This document shows, piece after piece, positions 58,888 to 64,000 of a stretch of DNA of 64,000 bases; within the stretch, counting starts at the first letter, position 1, and every line of letters begins with the position of its first letter. The translations under genes and the position numbers were made by a program. Below the pieces are notes generated by a model. It was not told where the DNA came from. It saw only the letters and a program-made list of their open reading frames with translations, and did not search any database. The stretch covers positions 1,699,975 to 1,763,974 of the forward strand of contig CBDBDI010000003.1 in the NCBI GenBank assembly GCA_965203895.1, given 5' to 3'. The stretch is from Dehalococcoidia bacterium. Lineage in GTDB: Bacteria > Chloroflexota > Dehalococcoidia > Lucifugimonadales > JADFKI01.

Positions 58888-59682
58888 ATGAGCGCGCTGC
58901 CCGATTGCAGCGTCCACCTGATGGTAACCTCGCCGCCCTACAATGTGGGCAAGGACTACGACGACGACCTGACGCTTGGCGAGTACCGCGATTTTCTGAT
59001 CCGCGTGATGCGCGAGGTATATCGCGTACTGACGCCGGGCGGCCGCGTGTGCTTCAACATCGCCAATCTCGGACGCCGCCCGTATTTGCCGCTGCACCGC
59101 TATATCATCGAAGACCTGATGGCGTTAGGCTTTCTGATGCGCGGCGAAATCATCTGGGACAAGAGCGCAAGTTCGGCGTCATCTACGGCGTGGGGAAGCT
59201 GGCGCTCGGCGGCGAATCCCGTGCTGCGCGACGAACACGAATACATCCTGGTGTGCTGCAAAGACACCTACAAGCGCCCAAAGGTGGCGGGCAAGGCGTC
59301 CACCATTGAGCGCGACGACTTCTTGGAATGGACGCGCAGCGTTTGGCGCTTCCCGGCGGTGTCCGCGCGGCGGATTGGGCATCCGGCGCCGTTCCCCACT
59401 GAGCTGCCGCGCCGCTGCATCCAACTCTACACCTACGCCGATGAGGTTGTGCTGGATCCGTTCATGGGCAGCGGCACCACTGCGATAGCGGCGCTGGAGG
59501 CGGGCAGGCGCTTCGTGGGCTATGAGATTTCCGACGAGTACCGCGAACTGGCGCAAAAGCGGCTTGCGGCCGCGCCCAAGCTTTTCGCGCATACGGACGC
59601 CGGCGGTCGAGTGATTGCGGAGGGGCGCGATGCCGACTACTCTGTAAATGCGCCCGGCGATGCGGGAGGTGTGTCGAGATGA
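58888..59682 (+). CDS. beta-class N4-cytosine/N6-adenine DNA methyltransferase (minimum extent; the conserved sequence continues upstream without a start codon)
   Basis: SVHLMVTSPPY (motif IV) near the N-terminus and VLDPFMGSGTTAIAA (motif I) near the C-terminus. The frame stays open back to 58570. Confidence 0.85.
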   Translation: MSALPDCSVHLMVTSPPYNVGKDYDDDLTLGEYRDFLIRVMREVYRVLTPGGRVCFNIANLGRRPYLPLHRYIIEDLMALGFLMRGEIIWDKSASSASSTAWGSWRSAANPVLRDEHEYILVCCKDTYKRPKVAGKASTIERDDFLEWTRSVWRFPAVSARRIGHPAPFPTELPRRCIQLYTYADEVVLDPFMGSGTTAIAALEAGRRFVGYEISDEYRELAQKRLAAAPKLFAHTDAGGRVIAEGRDADYSVNAPGDAGGVSR

Positions 59683-60356
59683 ACGATGCACTCGTGCGCC
59701 TGTTGAAAGATGATAACTATGTGAAACTGCTGCAAAACAGCTTGCCGCGCGCGTTTGAGGTTGCGGACGCAGAAAGCCGCCGCATACAGCAGCGAAAGGG
59801 CGGCGCTACATACGAAGCCGTTGGGCAAGAAGTCGGGGTAGTCAGAGAAAAGATTATCGTTGCGTTTCTGCGATACAGCCTAGGCGATATGAACGTTGAG
59901 TTGCCCAGGTCGAATACTGCGATGCGCGATGTGCTTATATTCGGCGAACCGCTTGAGATTAAGACTGCCACGGGCAGCGGCGCCGTAAAAGTTAAGTGGA
60001 CTGCCGATGCAGAATCGGCTCAGCGGGACATAGAAAACTTTCGGTTCACTTCGGACTTGCTGCTGATACGAATATGGTGGGACAAGAATGCCGACAGCGT
60101 ATTCTACATTCCGAAAGATGTCTTGAACGGACTTGCCGACGTCTATTCTAGCGCCGCAGGTTTTTTGCAGAGCAGCAGAGGGACAAACAATCGCGGCATA
60201 AATATCAGGCAAGCGTTTATCAGCAAGGCAGAGAACCACAGTAAAACCTTCCGAATTCGGATTCACTGGAAACGGATTGGGATACGGATTGACCCAATGG
60301 CTCGCTGGATGGCTTATTGGGCAGACCGCCGCGACAGGGATCCGCTGTACGGGTAG
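59679..60356 (+). CDS. putative type II restriction endonuclease partner (PD-ExK-like)
   Basis: The ATG overlaps the MTase stop (ATGA). RDVLIFGEPLEIKT gives a D...ExK arrangement. AT-richer than its surroundings. The family was not recognised. Confidence 0.5.
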   Translation: MNDALVRLLKDDNYVKLLQNSLPRAFEVADAESRRIQQRKGGATYEAVGQEVGVVREKIIVAFLRYSLGDMNVELPRSNTAMRDVLIFGEPLEIKTATGSGAVKVKWTADAESAQRDIENFRFTSDLLLIRIWWDKNADSVFYIPKDVLNGLADVYSSAAGFLQSSRGTNNRGINIRQAFISKAENHSKTFRIRIHWKRIGIRIDPMARWMAYWADRRDRDPLYG

Positions 60357-60456
60357 CCTTACTCCGTATGCTATAATCCACCGCACATGTATATCGCTGT
60401 GTATCGGCCAACGATTGCGGCGGGATTTCGGACGGAGGCGCGCTGTGCGAAAGTAG

Positions 60457-60675
60457 GTTGTTGAGCATACATCGCCGCTTGATGCGCTGATTGGCTTGGC
60501 GAAGCGGCTTGCCGAGTATGAGATTCGGCACGGCTTGGAGTCTGAAGACTTCTTCAATCGCTACACGCGGGGCAAGCTTGGGGATGACGCGCCGTATGTG
60601 GAGTGGGCGAATGACTATCGGCACTGCCTTGACATTCGCTGCGATTTGGAAGAGCGCCTGAGAGACGCGGCATAG
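60457..60675 (+). pseudogene. N-terminally truncated small antitoxin-like ORF
   Basis: ...LAKRLAEYEIRHGLESEDFFNRYTRGKLGDDAPYVEWANDYRH... From memory, it resembles the C-terminal half of small TA-associated proteins with the (G)MSSEEFY..(F)..GELGDD.D...W motif. There is no ATG or GTG, and the only in-frame start is TTG 60496. Confidence 0.3.
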
Positions 60676-60879
60676 CGTCTTGTCCTAGTATCTTGTGAAT
60701 GCGGCGTAGCAGTCGAGAACGCCGCGCGCCGCTTTTGCGATACGCCCAGTTTGGCTTATCGCTTATGTCCATGAGATAGGCGGGAGCGGCGCAGCTACTC
60801 ATCGATTCTCACAAGCGGGCGGGGACTATTGCTTTCGACAACGCGTCGGATCTACCCAAAGCAATAGGAAGGTGGTATC

Positions 60880-61395
60880 TTGACTGCAAAGAAAAGTAGA
60901 GGATTTCTTGCCCTTGAGAATTACCTGGCGGCCGATCACATCTGGGCTTACATCATTCAGATGGCTGCATGGACGTATGTAATGTTCCAGACGATAGACG
61001 CGCCGTTCATAAGCGTTCAGTGGGTTGTCGCTTATGTGCGTGAGACAAATGGGGCGGCGCAGCTGTTCGTCTTGACGACCATAATCGGCGTGAACATATG
61101 GAGGATTGCCGTGAAGTTCTGGCAGGAGAGGGTTAAGAGCGTAAAGGAACAGGTGGATGAGGGCAAGGCGGAAGGCAGAAACGAAGTGATAACGGCGCTT
61201 CGGAAGGGCGGCATGAGTAGGGATCAGATCAACGCCGTTCTTATTCGGTCAGGCGACAAAGATCTCATCTCTGAGATCACACTCGAAGATGCTTCTGACG
61301 CATTCATGGAAGCGTTTCTTGAGGCGGCGAATCGTATAAACGCCGCTTCGGAAAAGACCGACCACAAAGCCGAAAAATCTGAATCAGAGCTTTAG
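60880..61395 (+). CDS. hypothetical membrane protein (2 TM plus charged helical tail)
   Basis: TTG start after GGAAGGTGG. TM segments are IWAYIIQMAAWTYVMF and AAQLFVLTTIIGVNIWRIAV. Confidence 0.45.
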   Translation: MTAKKSRGFLALENYLAADHIWAYIIQMAAWTYVMFQTIDAPFISVQWVVAYVRETNGAAQLFVLTTIIGVNIWRIAVKFWQERVKSVKEQVDEGKAEGRNEVITALRKGGMSRDQINAVLIRSGDKDLISEITLEDASDAFMEAFLEAANRINAASEKTDHKAEKSESEL

Positions 61396-61617
61396 GCGCT
61401 AACGACGCAGCCTAAGTAAAAGTCCCTGACTTGCTGCAATACGCTCGTTGGGGACTTTTCGCTTTGTGCGATATTCTTGACAAACGCCGTATTAGCGCCG
61501 CCCCACCAAGCGGCGCTATACGCCGCCGCAATGCGTGTGCTATAATCCGTTGGCTAATTTGATGCGCCACGCGGCGCTCAATGGCGGGCATTTTGGGGAA
61601 TTAGGAGCAAGCGGGTT

Positions 61618-62838
61618 ATGGTTGCAATGGTTGAACTGATTAACGACGGCAGCGTTACATCCGCCAAAGGTTTCACGGCGGGCGGGACTTACGCAGGGCT
61701 CAAGACGCAGGGTGAAGGCGTCCTGGATCTGGGCATCCTGCTGTCCGATACGCCGGCGAACCTCGCCGCTACCTTTTCCACGAACAAGGTGCTGTCCCCG
61801 TCCGTTGTGCTGAGCCGTCAGCGCGCTCAGCGCGGCATGGCGCGCGGCGTGGTTGCCAACAGCGGCTGCGCCAACTGCTGCGTGGGCGATCAAGGGCTGA
61901 CCGACGCCGCCGAACTGACCGAACTCGCGGCGGCGCACACCGGCGTTGCGGCGGACGATATGCTGGTGTGCAGCACGGGCATGATAGGCGTGGAACTGCC
62001 GATGGCGTTGCTTCGCCAGAATGTAGGGAATGTGAGGCTGACCGCAGACGGCGGCCACGATTTCGCGCGCTCCATTATGACCACGGACACGCGCCACAAA
62101 GACATCGCGGTGTCCGTGAACTTGGACGGGCGCAAGGCGATTATCGGGGGCGCCGCCAAGGGCGTGGGGATGATTCATCCGAATATGGCCACTATGCTGG
62201 CGTTTGTGGCGACGGACGCCCCGGTGGAACAGGGCTTTCTGCAAGCCGCGCTTAGCCGCGCGGTGGACGCATCGTTCAATATGTGCAGCGTAGATGGCGA
62301 CCAAAGCACAAACGATACGGCGCTTGCATTCGCCAACGGACAGGCGGGCGGCGCAGAGGTGGCCGCGGGGACGCCGGCCGCGGACGCATTCGAGGATGCG
62401 CTCACCTATGTGTGCCAATCGCTCGCCAAAGAGATGGTGCGCGACGGCGAAGGCGCTAAGAAGCTCATCGAGGTAACCGTGGGCGGCGCAAACTCGCTCG
62501 CCGACGCGCGCAAGGCGGCAAGAGATATTTCCACATCATCGCTGGTGAAGGCGATGGTTCACGGCAACGATCCCAACTGGGGGCGCATTATGATGGCGCT
62601 GGGCAAGAGCGGCGCCGATATGGTGGAATCGCGGATAGACATTTTCGTGGACGATATACAAATCGTGCAAGACGGCATCGCCATTCCGTTCTATCGCGAT
62701 GCGGTGGTCAGCGCAATGGCGAGCTCGCCGGATGTGCGCTTCCGCGTGAACCTCAATATGGGCGCGCACGACGCAACCGCTTGGGGATGCGATCTTACCG
62801 AAGAGTATGTAACCTTCAACTCGGCGTACAGCACCTAA
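61618..62838 (+). CDS. argJ: bifunctional glutamate N-acetyltransferase / amino-acid acetyltransferase
   Basis: KGFTAGG...ANSGCANCCVG..., autoprocessing site ATMLAFVATDA, EEYVTFNSAYST C-terminus. Confidence 0.95.
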   Translation: MVAMVELINDGSVTSAKGFTAGGTYAGLKTQGEGVLDLGILLSDTPANLAATFSTNKVLSPSVVLSRQRAQRGMARGVVANSGCANCCVGDQGLTDAAELTELAAAHTGVAADDMLVCSTGMIGVELPMALLRQNVGNVRLTADGGHDFARSIMTTDTRHKDIAVSVNLDGRKAIIGGAAKGVGMIHPNMATMLAFVATDAPVEQGFLQAALSRAVDASFNMCSVDGDQSTNDTALAFANGQAGGAEVAAGTPAADAFEDALTYVCQSLAKEMVRDGEGAKKLIEVTVGGANSLADARKAARDISTSSLVKAMVHGNDPNWGRIMMALGKSGADMVESRIDIFVDDIQIVQDGIAIPFYRDAVVSAMASSPDVRFRVNLNMGAHDATAWGCDLTEEYVTFNSAYST

Positions 62839-62844
62839 TCGGTT

Positions 62845-63744
62845 ATGTCGACGTCCAACGCAATGCAGTTGCCCGCGCCGCAATGGCCTCAGCCCGTCCC
62901 CAATGCGGGCGGACTCGGAGGCGGCGCAGCGGACACGCCCAACACCAAGCCTAAGGAGCCATATGCCAATGGGACGATTGTAGTCAAGATTGGCGGCAGC
63001 ACGCTCGGCAGCCACGATACCACGCTCCAAGACCTTGCAGCGCTGCAGCGGCGGGGTGTCAGCGCAGTCGTGGTGCATGGGGGCGGCAAAATCATCAGCG
63101 ATTGGATGGCTAAGCAGGGCGTCCGACCGCGCTTCGAGCGGGGATTGCGCGTAACCGACGAGCCTAGCCTCGACATAGTGGTGGCAGTGCTGACGGGGCT
63201 GATTAACAAGAACCTGGTGGCGTCAATGGTGGAACTGGGCGCAAGCGCGATGGGCATCAGCGGTGCTGACGACGGCATGCTGCGCGCCGAAATCCGCAAT
63301 CCCGCGCTTGGGCTTGTGGGCAGCGTGGCATCGGTCAACACAACGCCGATAGACGCCGTGCTGAGAGCCGGCTGCATCCCCGTGATAGCGCCCGTCGCGC
63401 TCAAAACATCCGACGGCGAAGGCGCTTCGCATACATTGCTGAACATCAATGCAGATACGGCCGCGGGCGAAATCGCAGCGGCGCTTGGGGCAAGCAGGCT
63501 TGTGTTTCTGACGGATGTGCAGGGCGTGCTTGACACATCCCGCCGCCTAATCCCGCGCCTCACGGAGCGGCAGGCGCAGGGGCTAATCAACTCCAATGTG
63601 GCGGCGGGCGGAATGATCCCCAAACTGGAAGCGTGCCTCACCGCGCTGCGGGCGGGCGGCGTATCGCATATCGTCGACGGCCGCAAGCCGTCCGCGCTGA
63701 TGGACGCCGTATCGGGCGAAACGCTTGGCACGCGCGTAGGGTGA
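62845..63744 (+). CDS. argB: acetylglutamate kinase (with ~45-aa Pro/Gly-rich N-terminal extension if ATG 62845 is used)
   Basis: IVVKIGGS, VVVHGGG, NINADTAAGEIAAAL, GGMIPKL. Confidence 0.93.
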   Translation: MSTSNAMQLPAPQWPQPVPNAGGLGGGAADTPNTKPKEPYANGTIVVKIGGSTLGSHDTTLQDLAALQRRGVSAVVVHGGGKIISDWMAKQGVRPRFERGLRVTDEPSLDIVVAVLTGLINKNLVASMVELGASAMGISGADDGMLRAEIRNPALGLVGSVASVNTTPIDAVLRAGCIPVIAPVALKTSDGEGASHTLLNINADTAAGEIAAALGASRLVFLTDVQGVLDTSRRLIPRLTERQAQGLINSNVAAGGMIPKLEACLTALRAGGVSHIVDGRKPSALMDAVSGETLGTRVG

Positions 63745-63816
63745 GGCGGCGATTGCGCGATTGCCCAAGGCGCTTGAGGCGCTTTCGGGCGTAGATAAGA
63801 CAGGAAGGTTTGCTTT

Positions 63817-64000
63817 ATGGCGGGCGATTATCAGAACGGCAGTAACGGCGACGGCGATTCAATCGATGAGCTTTACCGCTTCTTCGATCAGATAGGAACG
63901 CTCGCCAAATGGATAGCGATAGCCGTCGGGGCGGTGGCGATATTTTCGCTGTTTGTGTTCGGGCGCGGCGTCTATACGGACTGGCTGTGGTTCGATAATC
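63817..64000 (+). CDS. UPF0182-family membrane protein, 5' fragment (runs off the window)
   Basis: ATG 63817 follows CAGGAAGG. ...WIAIAVGAVAIFSLFVFGRGVYTDWLWFDN matches the typical UPF0182 N-terminus (YTDWLWF). Confidence 0.5.
   Translation, partial: MAGDYQNGSNGDGDSIDELYRFFDQIGTLAKWIAIAVGAVAIFSLFVFGRGVYTDWLWFDN

Overview
High-GC bacterial chromosomal segment. The gene content resembles a Chloroflexota-like heterotroph, but this is inference only and nothing was searched. The backbone is housekeeping and metabolic genes, mostly on the + strand. In order these are uvrB, a NuoE/NuoF/FdhA-like flavoprotein module plus an FNR-type reductase, an enolase-superfamily enzyme, a DUF1800/DUF1501 pair, an NHL-repeat protein, mutS, thrB, lysC, a fused double GT2 glycosyltransferase, rph, lexA, copA plus a YHS protein, hemQ, a class-III aminotransferase, an MFS transporter, an orphan nuoN, an AlkA-like glycosylase, dgt-dnaG-rpoD, and argJ-argB. 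Small AT-richer accessory islets sit between them: (i) 3.4-5.3 kb, a three-ORF nuclease-like cassette with one frameshifted member; (ii) 38-40.3 kb, a NucS-like nuclease with an internally duplicated C-terminus plus an MBL hydrolase, next to an odd tRNA; (iii) 48.8-49.6 kb, a Panacea(DUF4065)-type TA pair; (iv) 58.6-60.9 kb, a type II R-M pair preceded by a C24 homopolymer. Decayed or orphan TA pieces are also present (frameshifted hicB, lone MNT, truncated antitoxin-like ORF). I saw no rRNA, CRISPR array, integrase or transposase. The observations most worth a second look are: a 97-nt tRNA-like gene with tRNASec/allo-tRNA-like architecture (long acceptor helix, 4-bp T stem, long variable arm) but a GAU anticodon; the C24 tract, which separates all candidate start codons from the methyltransferase frame; a recurrent orientation-conserved GCGCAAAGG intergenic motif with a tandem expansion at 44.6-45.1 kb; and the two nuclease-containing cassettes of unknown function. 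All family assignments come from motif recognition by eye and need HMM or structure searches.
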